Source: a virus
IMG/VR virus record: IMGVR_UViG_3300034069_001746
DNA length: 64,000 nucleotides
Reading direction: 5' to 3' (one strand)
A program made the position numbers and the translations under genes. The notes under the pieces were generated by a model. The model was not told where the DNA came from. It saw nothing but the letters and a program-made list of their open reading frames with translations, and ran no database searches. Shown piece after piece: positions 18,447-29,376 of the stretch (position 1 is the stretch's first letter; each line of letters opens with the position of its first letter).

Positions 18447-20540
18447 ATGATTACGTCGAAAAACGGACAAACGGCCGATACGGCCAATTTTGTACACGGT
18501 TGTTTTATGGTTCGGGTAGGAACGGATTTCCAGTCCTACCTGGACATTGTTAAATACGCTCAACAAGATGAGATTTATAACCTGACCCCCAGTGATCAGG
18601 CTGCGGTCAATCAAGTGTTAAACGGGGTAGCCCAAAACGATACGGGTAGTGGTGACAATGACACCTTGCCTATTTATTTTTCCAAAACTAAGTGTCGAGA
18701 TACCACCCTTGGTGGTAACGACGCTATCAACCCTCTTCCTCAATTTAGTCCTGACGACGACATTGTTCACCCTCACAATATTCCTAACTTTCCAGGGTCC
18801 CCTTCTGGACGGGTCAGTGTGGGGATGGGTCAGGTGTATTCAGAGAATTATGACGATACCCAGCAGATTCTTTACATGGGATTTGGTATTCCTGTCTACA
18901 GTGATGTGGGTAATTTCTGGTCCACCGCTGTTGATCTTGACATGGCGAAGTTTGTCAACACGGGTGGTGGTATTACGGCTGAAAAGATTGGTTTTCTGAT
19001 CGCTCGGGTCCCCGTAAAGATCTTTAGTATCGCCACCATTCCGGCCAAATTCATCGAAGCGGTGGTAGGAGGTCTTCAGAAAGTTCCTATTACCAAATAC
19101 TACGCTTTTTCATCACAGATGCCTATGTATTTTCGCTTTGTGAATACCATTCTTGTTCATCTTGCCACCAACATGAACTTGATGGGTTCCAGTACCGATT
19201 CTGCGGTTGTGGATACTGGTTCTGTTACCACGGGTAAATCAGCGATACAGTTGCTCAACGACAGTGGGCAGGGCGATGACATGTCAGGCATGCCTGAAGT
19301 CTTTGCTCAATCGGGTCTTGATATGGCCAAGATCATGACCAAACGTTTCTTCTATGAACGCGGTGATCAAGGGGCAGGTAAGATTTATGCTCGTTACACC
19401 GATGACGCCATGTTTAAAGCGGCAGCCTTGTTGAACGGCCAAGGCGTGCTAAGCGATCAAGATGTGAGCAGCGCTAATGCCGATACATCAGCCACCAACA
19501 ACACCGGTAACAACACCAATAGTAACGGCACAACTGATTCATCATCGACGCCAACAGATGCTGCTGCTAACACACCGTCGAGAAAATGGACTCTGTCATG
19601 GGTGGATGCATTCGGCGCTGCCTACACTGATGCCATTTATGACGGCCACATGTTTATTGGTTTTCGGATCGATAAAGGCATGGGGGCGTCTGAATCCTTT
19701 TCTAACTCCACGGGTGAATCTCAATTAGCTCAAGCAGCTAATGCTAAATTCCAACAAGGACGTGAAGTATCATTTGGTACCATGAGTGGTGAATTTGGTA
19801 ATTCAGGGGGTGTTAGTGCTATTCTTAGCAGTGTAGCAGGCGCTGTTACAGGATTAGTAAAAGGACTATCGGCGGCTATTCATCTTGATCCGCTTGCTGC
19901 CATTGCTTCAGGGTCAGCAAAGGTTGATATTCCTGAAGTGTGGATGAACAGTAATTATTCACGCTCAGCCTCGTTCTCCATCAGTTGCCTTTCTCCTTAT
20001 GGTGACATGGCTTCCATTTTCCAATCGGAATATGTTCCCCTTGCTTGTTTGTTAGCAGGAACACTACCACGAGGGACGGGTTATGCTTCCCATTCATCCC
20101 CCTTTATTTGCCAGGCTTACTGCCGAGGAATCTTTTCCTCTCCATTGTGCATCGTTGAATCACTTGATATTCAACGTGGTGCTGATCAGTTCGGGTTCAC
20201 CATGAATCGTCTTCCCTTGAAGATTTCGATGCATGTGACCTTGAAAGATCTCACCCCCAGTATGTACATGAACATGGGTGGTGACCAAGGTATTGCTAAA
20301 GCGATCTTTGGTACAGATGACAATTTTGGTGAATATATGCTCACTTTGTCCGGGATGGGGTTACGCGACCGTCTTGCTCCCTTTCGTACCATTCGGCGTA
20401 AAACCCAAATCTTTATGTCCACTTTATACAAGAATAAATTGTCTCCTTTTATGTTGGGCATGGAAGGCGGTAATCGTTTCTTAGTGTCCCGCGTGATCTC
20501 AGCGATTGTGTCGGGGGGTAGAGGATTGCCCGGTAATTGA
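18447..20540 (+). CDS. virion structural protein (phiKZ gp182-like)
   Basis: DTTLGGNDAINPLPQF, FGIPVY, IPEVW..S.YSRS motifs; follows the gp181-like gene. Confidence 0.75.
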   Translation: MITSKNGQTADTANFVHGCFMVRVGTDFQSYLDIVKYAQQDEIYNLTPSDQAAVNQVLNGVAQNDTGSGDNDTLPIYFSKTKCRDTTLGGNDAINPLPQFSPDDDIVHPHNIPNFPGSPSGRVSVGMGQVYSENYDDTQQILYMGFGIPVYSDVGNFWSTAVDLDMAKFVNTGGGITAEKIGFLIARVPVKIFSIATIPAKFIEAVVGGLQKVPITKYYAFSSQMPMYFRFVNTILVHLATNMNLMGSSTDSAVVDTGSVTTGKSAIQLLNDSGQGDDMSGMPEVFAQSGLDMAKIMTKRFFYERGDQGAGKIYARYTDDAMFKAAALLNGQGVLSDQDVSSANADTSATNNTGNNTNSNGTTDSSSTPTDAAANTPSRKWTLSWVDAFGAAYTDAIYDGHMFIGFRIDKGMGASESFSNSTGESQLAQAANAKFQQGREVSFGTMSGEFGNSGGVSAILSSVAGAVTGLVKGLSAAIHLDPLAAIASGSAKVDIPEVWMNSNYSRSASFSISCLSPYGDMASIFQSEYVPLACLLAGTLPRGTGYASHSSPFICQAYCRGIFSSPLCIVESLDIQRGADQFGFTMNRLPLKISMHVTLKDLTPSMYMNMGGDQGIAKAIFGTDDNFGEYMLTLSGMGLRDRLAPFRTIRRKTQIFMSTLYKNKLSPFMLGMEGGNRFLVSRVISAIVSGGRGLPGN

Positions 20541-20598
20541 TGTAACTTTACGAATAATATGAAATTCCATCCTTCCCTATTAGCAAGGGCTTTTTTAC

Positions 20599-22212
20599 AT
20601 GGCTTATGATCTTGATTTAACTCCCACGCAGCTTGCCAGTGTGTATGCTGGCTATTTTGCTAAAGACTATGCTGAAGATGTGTTGTCCAATCTAAAGGGT
20701 AGTTACCCTATTGAGCAACAGACTCTTTCTGATTTTGTCAACAAGACCATCGCTGACAAAGTTGGCAATACGCCTATTACCCTTGGCAATGACAACGCCA
20801 TCTGCCGGTTCCTGTTTGAGCTGGCGGAACATGCTCTTGAACAAGGAATTGAGAATCCTGATTCCTATGCGGCCTTTGAGCATATGGCAGCCCTCCCTTC
20901 TATTCATCATTCTGAACTAGGATCTTTTGTTTACCAGGCTTCTGATCTTTACAACAAGACGCTTGATGCAACCTTGATGGGGGTTGTTGCTAAAGATGCT
21001 AATGTCGCAGCGGAAGCGATTGTTCAGGCCGTGCAGTCACGTACATCGCTTGACAACACTGGGGGAACGCTGAAGTTTTTTAGTTGGGGTATCCTCAACG
21101 ATGGCTTGTGGATGAACGGGGCGCTGCTTAAAGCCTATAAACTTGCTAACATCTTTCGGCCAGGTGACGCTCCTTCCGCTAGCTATGCTCAGACGGCTTT
21201 TCAGTTTGCCCGTCAGTTTTCCCATCTACCCATGATGGACGCTGATGAAGCAACCTGGGCGCCGGGTGAACTTGATTCTCTGTTGTCCTATGTCACGACA
21301 CCAGACCTTGACAACCTGCTCACATCCTTCTCACAGGAAAGCTTGGTGTCCCTGCTCTTTTCCACAGGAGACCTTGCCAACAAGGTTAGAAAGTGGGAAC
21401 AGGGTATGACGTCTCCTTATTTGATGGTGGAATCGATTCAGGAATTGTCAGCGGTTGCTCGCTTGCTCGACATGCTGGGTGAGGCGTATAAAAAGGCTGA
21501 AAGTGATATGGCCGTATCCTCAGCCACCAAAACACGGATCGACAGTGCGTACAACACTGTGGTGTTGGTATTGGCTGGCTATGCAGCACTGCGTGATACC
21601 AAGTTCAACGAAGCACTGATTCTTGATGTCTATGCTCAAGGCAATGATCCACAGGTTGATGTTACCGTCAACAAAGATGTCATGCGTAATTATTACGCAG
21701 CAGGCGGTGAGGATGAAGATCTGATTCGTTTTGGTCTTTATCTTGATCCTCGTAAAGGATCACCGATGTCGGGTAATGGTTGGAGCTTGCCTTGGGTTAT
21801 GGCGAGACGTGATGATGTGATTCCTAAAATCATGTCAGAAGACGCTGATCGATTGCAGCGGATGCGTGCCAATGACGTCTCCGTCATCGAACAGGAATCG
21901 ATGCGTATCATCAACGATGTGGTACGATCGTATCTTGATGCTTCTGGTAAAAGTGATTTGCGTCCTGATATTCGTCAGAAGATTGGGGCAGTATCACGGG
22001 CTGTTACTAGAAGCGATCAAAAAATCTCTTTAAGTGAAGAGATTATGCAGATCCTGCTCAGTACAATGGATGATCCTACGGTCTCTAGCATGGGTCATAT
22101 GCTCATAAACAATGTGCATCATGATGCTCCCAATGCTAAAGCACTGACCATTGCTCAGATGGCCGCTACTGATGTTCTTGATCTTATAACCACTGCCCCC
22201 GTTGCGGAATAA
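20599..22212 (+). CDS. probable virion protein
   Basis: 537-aa ORF in the structural operon. Confidence 0.6.
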   Translation: MAYDLDLTPTQLASVYAGYFAKDYAEDVLSNLKGSYPIEQQTLSDFVNKTIADKVGNTPITLGNDNAICRFLFELAEHALEQGIENPDSYAAFEHMAALPSIHHSELGSFVYQASDLYNKTLDATLMGVVAKDANVAAEAIVQAVQSRTSLDNTGGTLKFFSWGILNDGLWMNGALLKAYKLANIFRPGDAPSASYAQTAFQFARQFSHLPMMDADEATWAPGELDSLLSYVTTPDLDNLLTSFSQESLVSLLFSTGDLANKVRKWEQGMTSPYLMVESIQELSAVARLLDMLGEAYKKAESDMAVSSATKTRIDSAYNTVVLVLAGYAALRDTKFNEALILDVYAQGNDPQVDVTVNKDVMRNYYAAGGEDEDLIRFGLYLDPRKGSPMSGNGWSLPWVMARRDDVIPKIMSEDADRLQRMRANDVSVIEQESMRIINDVVRSYLDASGKSDLRPDIRQKIGAVSRAVTRSDQKISLSEEIMQILLSTMDDPTVSSMGHMLINNVHHDAPNAKALTIAQMAATDVLDLITTAPVAE

Positions 22213-22219
22213 CAATTAA

Positions 22220-22254
22220 GGTAATAGAGGAGGCATGATGCCTCCTCTATTACC
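22220..22254. terminator. bidirectional terminator
   Basis: GGTAATAGAGGAGGCA/TGCCTCCTCTATTACC, 16-bp stem between convergent genes. Confidence 0.8.
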
Positions 22255-22261
22255 CTTGTGT

Positions 22262-25200
22262 TTATAGAGAAATCAACTGTGCTGTTGATGACGTATCAGG
22301 TGTAGGTAAGAAGCTAATGGTGATGTTAGGTTTACGTAACACACTACCATCAGCTTGTTGTACCAAGATATGTTCCACACTGGGTACAGCCCCTGCTTCT
22401 TCTAGGGCAATAAGACGCAGTCCATCAACCCCTGAGATAAAACCGCCTTCCACAGCAGAGATGTTACTGCCAAGGTTTTCCCGAATCGTTTCGGTGATAT
22501 CCGACACCGAAATAAGAGGATTCTGGACAGCTGCATTAACAATAGTGTTAATGGAATCTTCCATGGTAGAAAGCAACGTCTGACTATTGTAGATCAACAC
22601 ATCTACATACACCGTAAAGGAGAAGCTTAACTCCAGCGACATGGATAGAGTTTTACCTCCTCCGATACCAAAATTAGCATAACCCATGGTACGAGCAGGT
22701 TTGTAATACACAGCCGCTGTTTCAAGAAGACCTGCATCTAACGTGCTGATCTGATTAGCATAATTTTGTAGATACTGAGGAATACTAGCAATAACCTGCT
22801 GATCACTAGGATCCTGAGACGAAAACAATCGTCCATCAAACAAAATAGTCGGAATCAGATATTGATTCTGCGCATCCTTGACGATGATGGGTTTACCGGT
22901 TGGGTCATTAACAATGCTTCCTTTGGCAATCTTTACCACCCCAGGTGCTGTGGTGTTAATAAAGCTCAAAAGAGTGTTTGTAGCAAGAGGATTAAGGGTA
23001 CCGTTGGTTAACGTTATTTGCGTCAAGCTATCCACTGACTGAATAGTGTCACCGGCGGGAATATCAAACCCAAACACTGACAACCCTGGAATCAAACCAG
23101 CCGTACTTTCCACCACAATTTGTGTACCGGCATTTGGCTGAGGAGCCGCTGTGCGCAGGGTGACCGATGGATTAGTGACGGTAAGGTGAATACCTTTAGC
23201 AACACTCGCCGTGATAGGCTTTGATAACGTAATGGTGTTATTAGTAACAGCCGTGATTATTGTCCCTACAGCAAGATTAAGGCCTCGTATCGCCATGCCT
23301 GGCAGAAGACCGATCGTGGTGTCAACCGTTAAAACAGTGGGAGTTCCTTGTGATGATAGGGTTGCTGCAAGAACGGTGGTTACCACCAAATCATCAAGGG
23401 TAGAAGGAATAGATCCTTGGGGGTAAATAACAATCGTTTCTACATTGTGGTTGGTGGGATTGATCCGGGTTTCGATAACCCCTTGTTCATTGTTTTGGAA
23501 AACGGGAACATCTGTTGAGTAATACACCGTGTCATCGGTAATTTTGTAAACATCATTCCCCCAACTTGTATTAACCCCAGAATAGATCTGCGACGATAAA
23601 TTAGTACCCAGTGACAACGTTAACGTCTGTTGCGCCATCACAACAAGCGTCGATTGAAGGGAAGAAGGAAGAAGTAGATTCAATGTTCCATCAACAGGTA
23701 TTGTTGGGTCGTACACGCGGGTGAAGCAGCCCAAAACAGTAAAGCTTTGCGTTAAGGAGATTTCTACTGACGTAAGTACATCACTGGCGTTACGCATGCT
23801 AACGGTGAGATAATCGTCATTGGTGATATGATACGACGTGCTAAGTTGTACTACCCACGTATCAACACCATTATTGCTTGTTGATACATAGGTTGCTGGT
23901 AGATAAGCAAACGATCCTGTTTTTGTTAAACATGTTAAAATAACAGAAAGGTTACTTGCCGGTATTCCTTGAAGATTGGAAGACCTGGTCATGTTTAATA
24001 CAATTTGATAGCCACCTGTTCCATTAACCAGATGGTTAACCCCGCACGCTGTTACCGCCAATTGTGGAGCACTATGAGCATTTTCAGCGTTAAACACCAA
24101 GGAGGTCATACTAGGTGACAACAAGTTGTACACCATTGCTTGAGGAGACTTTTTGTCTGTTCTCAAACTGATATGAAAAGGCTGGCGAACATAAGTGCCT
24201 TTATTGAGTTCTGCAATCAAATTGGTCTGAGTTAGTCCAGCATAAGCGGATACTTGTCCATCGTTTAACGGAATGGCCGTAACACCATTGGCTGAAATCG
24301 TAAAAGTCGTGGTCGGAAGAACGGTGTAATATCCATCAGTGAACGACAAAATAGTGGATGGATTACCAGCAAGAGCATCATCAGCCAACAAGATGTTTCC
24401 AGCAAAAGTAGGAAGAATCATGCCCTTGCTGTCGGTTAAAATGTTGGACGCAAAATAAATTCGCTCCGTTAGATCATCAACAATACGGGTCAAATTAAAC
24501 CCAGCCTTCTTCCCCGCTTCAATAACTTCAGGTGTCGTGACAGCTGTGCGAGTAGAAAGACGCTGCCCAACAATGGCATCACGCACTTCACTATAGGTCA
24601 GGGCATTACTGCCTCCTACCACATCCAAGACAGTTGGATACAAGATATAACTGGGCATCTGGTCCATAGGAGCAGCATAAGGTGATGATGTTGGATCAAA
24701 ATAAGCTTGACGACCAGTCACATCGGCCAGGGATAGTGAGTAATTTACGGCTCCTTTAGTGGTGTATAATTCCACTCTAATGGTTTGGCTAATCTGACCA
24801 TTGTCAAAATAAATTTGAGGAATCTCAAACCTAATCTGATTTGTATCAGACAATAAGCTCAACAATACCGTGGGTGTTTGATAATCGTAGAACAGCTTAG
24901 TTAAAGCATAGCTAAGTTCAACATAGTTACCCTTTTTATCGGTGGTAAACACCTTGGCAGCGTAGAACTGATCTTCATAACTAACGGTCTTGATGTACCC
25001 TTGATTAGAACTCACCGTGTCTGAAAACACCGTGCGTTCAAACTGGAACATATTGAACGTAATCTGAAACCAGTTAATACCGTTTTGCGTATAGCGTTGT
25101 ACATCAAGAAGCATGTTCGATGACAACGTGTAAAGATCATTGCTAACACTGGTGTCATAAAACGCTGTAACAGCTTTGGTGTTACGGTTAACGAGAATTT

Positions 25201-25639
25201 CAATGGGATAATACATGGAATAAACAATGTTACCCATGGTAATGTAACTAGTAGCAGGAATAATCAACTTATTGTAATTGGTGTCGTAATAAACACTGTT
25301 GGCAATAATCCAATCTTCACTCAGGGCAAACACAAAAGGAAGTGTTGCAGGCGATGCCATTAACTTGACATAGTCGTATTCAGATAGGTGCGGATACAGC
25401 TGATCAGCATTTCGAGCGCGTTGAGGATAAAGATAGCTAGTAACACTGTCAATTTTTTGAGAGAATTTGGCAAAGATTTCCATGTTCGCAATCTGCGTCA
25501 TGACAAAGCCATTATTGGGATCAGTGATGGTAAAGCTGCCCCCTGTATCACTTGCTTCTAAGGCATCAATAGTTGCTTTAACCAATTTGGTAGGATTGGA
25601 CAACATGTCCTGTGTGTATGTGTCGCCATCAATTGCCAT
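22262..25639 (-). CDS. phiKZ-like baseplate/virion structural protein with an internal tandem repeat
   Basis: DPNNGF, LYPQRA..ADQLYPHLS, VELYTTKG, GG.NAL motifs; beta-rich; two internal repeats near residues 770-900. Confidence 0.7.
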   Translation of the reverse strand: MAIDGDTYTQDMLSNPTKLVKATIDALEASDTGGSFTITDPNNGFVMTQIANMEIFAKFSQKIDSVTSYLYPQRARNADQLYPHLSEYDYVKLMASPATLPFVFALSEDWIIANSVYYDTNYNKLIIPATSYITMGNIVYSMYYPIEILVNRNTKAVTAFYDTSVSNDLYTLSSNMLLDVQRYTQNGINWFQITFNMFQFERTVFSDTVSSNQGYIKTVSYEDQFYAAKVFTTDKKGNYVELSYALTKLFYDYQTPTVLLSLLSDTNQIRFEIPQIYFDNGQISQTIRVELYTTKGAVNYSLSLADVTGRQAYFDPTSSPYAAPMDQMPSYILYPTVLDVVGGSNALTYSEVRDAIVGQRLSTRTAVTTPEVIEAGKKAGFNLTRIVDDLTERIYFASNILTDSKGMILPTFAGNILLADDALAGNPSTILSFTDGYYTVLPTTTFTISANGVTAIPLNDGQVSAYAGLTQTNLIAELNKGTYVRQPFHISLRTDKKSPQAMVYNLLSPSMTSLVFNAENAHSAPQLAVTACGVNHLVNGTGGYQIVLNMTRSSNLQGIPASNLSVILTCLTKTGSFAYLPATYVSTSNNGVDTWVVQLSTSYHITNDDYLTVSMRNASDVLTSVEISLTQSFTVLGCFTRVYDPTIPVDGTLNLLLPSSLQSTLVVMAQQTLTLSLGTNLSSQIYSGVNTSWGNDVYKITDDTVYYSTDVPVFQNNEQGVIETRINPTNHNVETIVIYPQGSIPSTLDDLVVTTVLAATLSSQGTPTVLTVDTTIGLLPGMAIRGLNLAVGTIITAVTNNTITLSKPITASVAKGIHLTVTNPSVTLRTAAPQPNAGTQIVVESTAGLIPGLSVFGFDIPAGDTIQSVDSLTQITLTNGTLNPLATNTLLSFINTTAPGVVKIAKGSIVNDPTGKPIIVKDAQNQYLIPTILFDGRLFSSQDPSDQQVIASIPQYLQNYANQISTLDAGLLETAAVYYKPARTMGYANFGIGGGKTLSMSLELSFSFTVYVDVLIYNSQTLLSTMEDSINTIVNAAVQNPLISVSDITETIRENLGSNISAVEGGFISGVDGLRLIALEEAGAVPSVEHILVQQADGSVLRKPNITISFLPTPDTSSTAQLISL

Positions 25640-25750
25640 GGTACATCAACATCCTTTTGTTTAAATTAACTCTTTACTTTACGTCGTTAAAGACGTAGGT
25701 TATCACATTATCACTCATCAATCAGCGTCAATAATTACATAAAAGTGCCT

Positions 25751-25776
25751 GTCATCCTCTTTTCACAGAGGATGAC
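25751..25776 (-). terminator. hairpin between structural genes
   Basis: GTCATCCTCT-TTTCAC-AGAGGATGAC. Confidence 0.6.
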
Positions 25777-25783
25777 CTAAGCA

Positions 25784-26920
25784 TTATGTGGGTGTTGTAG
25801 TTGTAGTAGCAGATGATTGTTGGGTTTGAATTTGTTGTTTGATCATATTGATTGTTTCTTGGGTTGGGTCAACCAACTCTTCTGATCTGGCTAGCCACAT
25901 GAGTTCATTGGTGCCATTGATCAGATCAATCCAGGGTACTCCTGTGAAATTGGAAGCGGCATTAACAGGGGTTTTGATCCTATTATCCCCATCAGCAACA
26001 TTGTCACCTGCATACCGTTTTACCAGGGTGTTAAACTGCGCCAAGTGACGCGGATCCATGTACCGAATATTGTTGGTTTTGAAAGGAATAGTGAATTGTT
26101 GGGACGTGTGAATAAAACTGTCACCAGGACCAAAGTTAAACACATCTCCAATAGGAACACTAACCGGAAAACACCCTGTCGCTTTAGCCCACTTGGTAAT
26201 GGTGGTCATGGAGGGGTCAAGGACTAATCGGTAAATGGAGACGGTGTAGTTTAGCCGGTTGGCATCACGGTCTTCGCCGTAGGCCACAATAGTGCCATCC
26301 ATCTGCAAGGTCATGGCAATCAGCCAATAATAGAAATACGCCATGAGGTATCCCCCTTGGATATCACGAAACGTGCACGACAAATCATAGGTGCGTCGTC
26401 CCCAATCCGATCCTCTCACCATGGTCATGTCTTCACTATAGTAACCACTCTGGGTGGTTTCATATTCAACATTGAAATCGGGCCATCCGCTGATCCCCAC
26501 CAGCATGTTACTTAGCGGTACATTGAACGGTGATTCATCATTGATCCAAGGCGACAATGAAGCAATGGAGGCGATATCTGAACGCCTAGCAAATTGTGTG
26601 TCAAGATTGGTGCGGAGTGAAAACATCCATGATAGAGGATCCAACGTATCAAGCATCGCTAAGGTTGGATCTTGACGAACAGATTGTGTTGATAAGTTAA
26701 GCCGGGGTTTTGTAAAAAAGGTAAGCCCTACCATTTCAGCATTAATCTGTACGGCACATTGACCAAAGCGGTCGTGTTTGGTTAGAAGTGTTTCGGTAAC
26801 ATATTGGTTACTACCCCGTCCTGAACCAATAGCAATTGATTCCGTAACAGCATTCATCAGATTGGTGTAAACGTCATCATCAAGTTTGTTAACGGGGGTA
26901 AAGGGGAGGAGATCAACCAT
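25784..26920 (-). CDS. phiKZ-like virion structural protein (tube/hub-type fold likely)
   Basis: GLTFFTKPRLNLS, GWPD, YTVSIYRLVLDP, GCFPVSVP motifs. Confidence 0.7.
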   Translation of the reverse strand: MVDLLPFTPVNKLDDDVYTNLMNAVTESIAIGSGRGSNQYVTETLLTKHDRFGQCAVQINAEMVGLTFFTKPRLNLSTQSVRQDPTLAMLDTLDPLSWMFSLRTNLDTQFARRSDIASIASLSPWINDESPFNVPLSNMLVGISGWPDFNVEYETTQSGYYSEDMTMVRGSDWGRRTYDLSCTFRDIQGGYLMAYFYYWLIAMTLQMDGTIVAYGEDRDANRLNYTVSIYRLVLDPSMTTITKWAKATGCFPVSVPIGDVFNFGPGDSFIHTSQQFTIPFKTNNIRYMDPRHLAQFNTLVKRYAGDNVADGDNRIKTPVNAASNFTGVPWIDLINGTNELMWLARSEELVDPTQETINMIKQQIQTQQSSATTTTTPT

Positions 26921-27088
26921 AATAACCCTGATAAAAGAAGTGTTAAATCATACGATCACACCGTTAATAAGGTATTTTCTAGTATATTAGTACGACCAAA
27001 GATATAAAAAACTAATAAATACTATGGAATTTCCCCGGTGCACGTTTAAAGTGCCCTTGGACCTTTACACATTTAAAGAAGATTTACA

Positions 27089-28351
27089 ATGCCTGCGTTT
27101 GTTCCTGCCCTGTCCACGACGCTTAGCATCATCGATGCTGCTGCCAGCGTTCTGGCCACTGACAAAGTTTCCAAAAAGATTTCCACTGCTACCAACGTCG
27201 CTGCTAAGGCTGACCGGGTAGGAGGTGCTATTACCGGTTTGTCGAAACAGACCACGATTCTCTCTCGCGCATTCGTCGATGAGTCGGTGTTGAATGAACC
27301 GATTCTGCCTAACTTCTTTCGTTGTGCTCATGAATGGTACTGCGCACAGATTGTCTCTGCTCTTCAGCTCTCACAGATGGTGGACTCACACCGCACTGTT
27401 CAAGATGTCATGAGTGTGGTCCAGACGGGTCACAACAACCGTGAAAACAGTTTGGTGTCGAACGTTATTAATCGTCGCATGGGTCAAGAGTCATTCTTGT
27501 CCAACTATCTCGGTGAAGTTGCTTGTGAATCGTTAATGGGTCCCAAGACTCCTGATTATCTTACCAAAGCCAACAAGGCCATTGATCAGGCTAATCAGGA
27601 CCGAGATAAAGCACAGAATGAATTAAATTCCATCAAATCTCGCACCAACGATGCCGCTGTTAAATCCGTCAAGGTGGGCGACAATCGCATCGGTCCCATG
27701 GGTGAGCTTTACGAGATCAAGTTGGCCAATCCCAATGGAAACGGTGTGTCGGTGACGGTGCCTGTGTTTATCCAGATGCAGCCCTCGATCGTTAATGCCG
27801 ATGTTGCTCCTCGCTTTATTGATATGAATGTTGATCCTACCTGGTGGCAGCGTTGGACGCAGGCGCGTGTTGGTGAAATCACCTGGTTCAAGGACTTTCT
27901 TCTTAACCGTGATCTGATCAAGCGACAGAAGTCAATCCTTAAGGATCCGGCGAAAGCACAAGCTTTCTCTAGCTTCCTGAAAACAGTGGCCATGAAAGAT
28001 ACCTATGCCATGGGCGATGCAACGGATACGTTGGGTGCTAGACACTCCTCCAACCTTGCTAACTCTGTGGTGGTCTTCTCCGAAGACACGGTACTTCAGG
28101 CCAAAGCCGATAGCGGTATTGATCTTCACAAAGAAGAGGATCGTCGCCGTTATTTCAAGAATACCTACACCATGATGATTGCCATCATTGATCCTCTTCA
28201 TCAGCGGGTCACGGTGTACTTCAATGGTATCGATGGGGATATTAATTGCTCTTATAATGAGTTTAGACCCAAAGATACTAAGTTTGATCCTAAAGATTTC
28301 ATGACCGCACTAAGTGCGTTTTCAACAAACAATATCAGCCGTCTTCGCTAA
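27089..28351 (+). CDS. phiKZ-like virion (head) protein
   Basis: 420 aa; candidate protease sites GQE and ACE; DLIK..K pattern. Confidence 0.6.
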   Translation: MPAFVPALSTTLSIIDAAASVLATDKVSKKISTATNVAAKADRVGGAITGLSKQTTILSRAFVDESVLNEPILPNFFRCAHEWYCAQIVSALQLSQMVDSHRTVQDVMSVVQTGHNNRENSLVSNVINRRMGQESFLSNYLGEVACESLMGPKTPDYLTKANKAIDQANQDRDKAQNELNSIKSRTNDAAVKSVKVGDNRIGPMGELYEIKLANPNGNGVSVTVPVFIQMQPSIVNADVAPRFIDMNVDPTWWQRWTQARVGEITWFKDFLLNRDLIKRQKSILKDPAKAQAFSSFLKTVAMKDTYAMGDATDTLGARHSSNLANSVVVFSEDTVLQAKADSGIDLHKEEDRRRYFKNTYTMMIAIIDPLHQRVTVYFNGIDGDINCSYNEFRPKDTKFDPKDFMTALSAFSTNNISRLR

Positions 28352-28419
28352 TTTAAAAGCAGACGGATTTAAACACCACCATTACCTTTTTACCACAAAG
28401 CTTAAGGATCACGAGTATC

Positions 28420-29376
28420 ATGGGTATCGTCAAGCTCGTGGCGGACCATTTCAAAACTGCCACGCCTACACACGTTGATCGTTACGGTATTTTATCACCG
28501 CTCCTGGCGTCGGGTGATTACATCACTAGCACATCAGAAATTTATGCTTTGTTTAAGAATTCCGTTTACACCAACCTGATGATGGGTAAAACCAAAACGG
28601 ATAATGGGCATGTCCTAAAAGCGATGGAAGCGTATAGGGACTATGTAAAGGCTCTGCCTTCTCATGATCAGTCAACAGAGAAGGCAGAGCCTTTTTCCAC
28701 CATTATTGCAGCGCTCACTGCTATTGGTGGAAACATTGCTCAGATTGAAGACAATTTCCAGACGCTCTTTGGTGACATTGCCAGCGATAAGCCTGAAGCA
28801 TCGCTTCGTTCGTCATCGCTGGTGGTCATGGGCTATCTAGAAGAGGCTGATGTTTTCGCCACATGGCTTGCTAACCTCACCGAACACATGACGGCGAATG
28901 ATGATGACATGATCCCGCCGTTTAGAACCAAAGAGCTCATCAACAAAGCAGCTGGTGCTGGTCAATTTGCTGGCTTTAACCTTAACAAGTGGAATCCTAC
29001 CCACGGTTCCTTCTTGTCTGAAGTTAAAGAGATGCAGAACAAAGGTGCTGACGTTGCGGTTCAGTCCGACGGTATGTGGATTGACCAGTTTGCTCACGAT
29101 AGCCAGTTTAGTTCAATTGAACAGAATCTTATTTCTGCTTCTTTGCGTTCACCTATTATGATGGCCATGACCCTTGGACATGTTAAGGTGCAGGAGAAGA
29201 TCGATCTGTTAACCACTCGTAAAGAATGGGTAACGGCCAAGATCGTGTTGGAACAAGCTAAGCTTCGCGGGCTACATCCCGATTCTCCTGAATATCGCAA
29301 ACTGAAAAAGGTCACGGACAATTACGCCAATCTAGCCTCCAAGCTGGAACAAAAGATTGAAAGGATGCGTTCGTGA
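28420..29376 (+). CDS. probable virion protein
   Basis: 318 aa; helical C-terminus; structural operon. Confidence 0.6.
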   Translation: MGIVKLVADHFKTATPTHVDRYGILSPLLASGDYITSTSEIYALFKNSVYTNLMMGKTKTDNGHVLKAMEAYRDYVKALPSHDQSTEKAEPFSTIIAALTAIGGNIAQIEDNFQTLFGDIASDKPEASLRSSSLVVMGYLEEADVFATWLANLTEHMTANDDDMIPPFRTKELINKAAGAGQFAGFNLNKWNPTHGSFLSEVKEMQNKGADVAVQSDGMWIDQFAHDSQFSSIEQNLISASLRSPIMMAMTLGHVKVQEKIDLLTTRKEWVTAKIVLEQAKLRGLHPDSPEYRKLKKVTDNYANLASKLEQKIERMRS

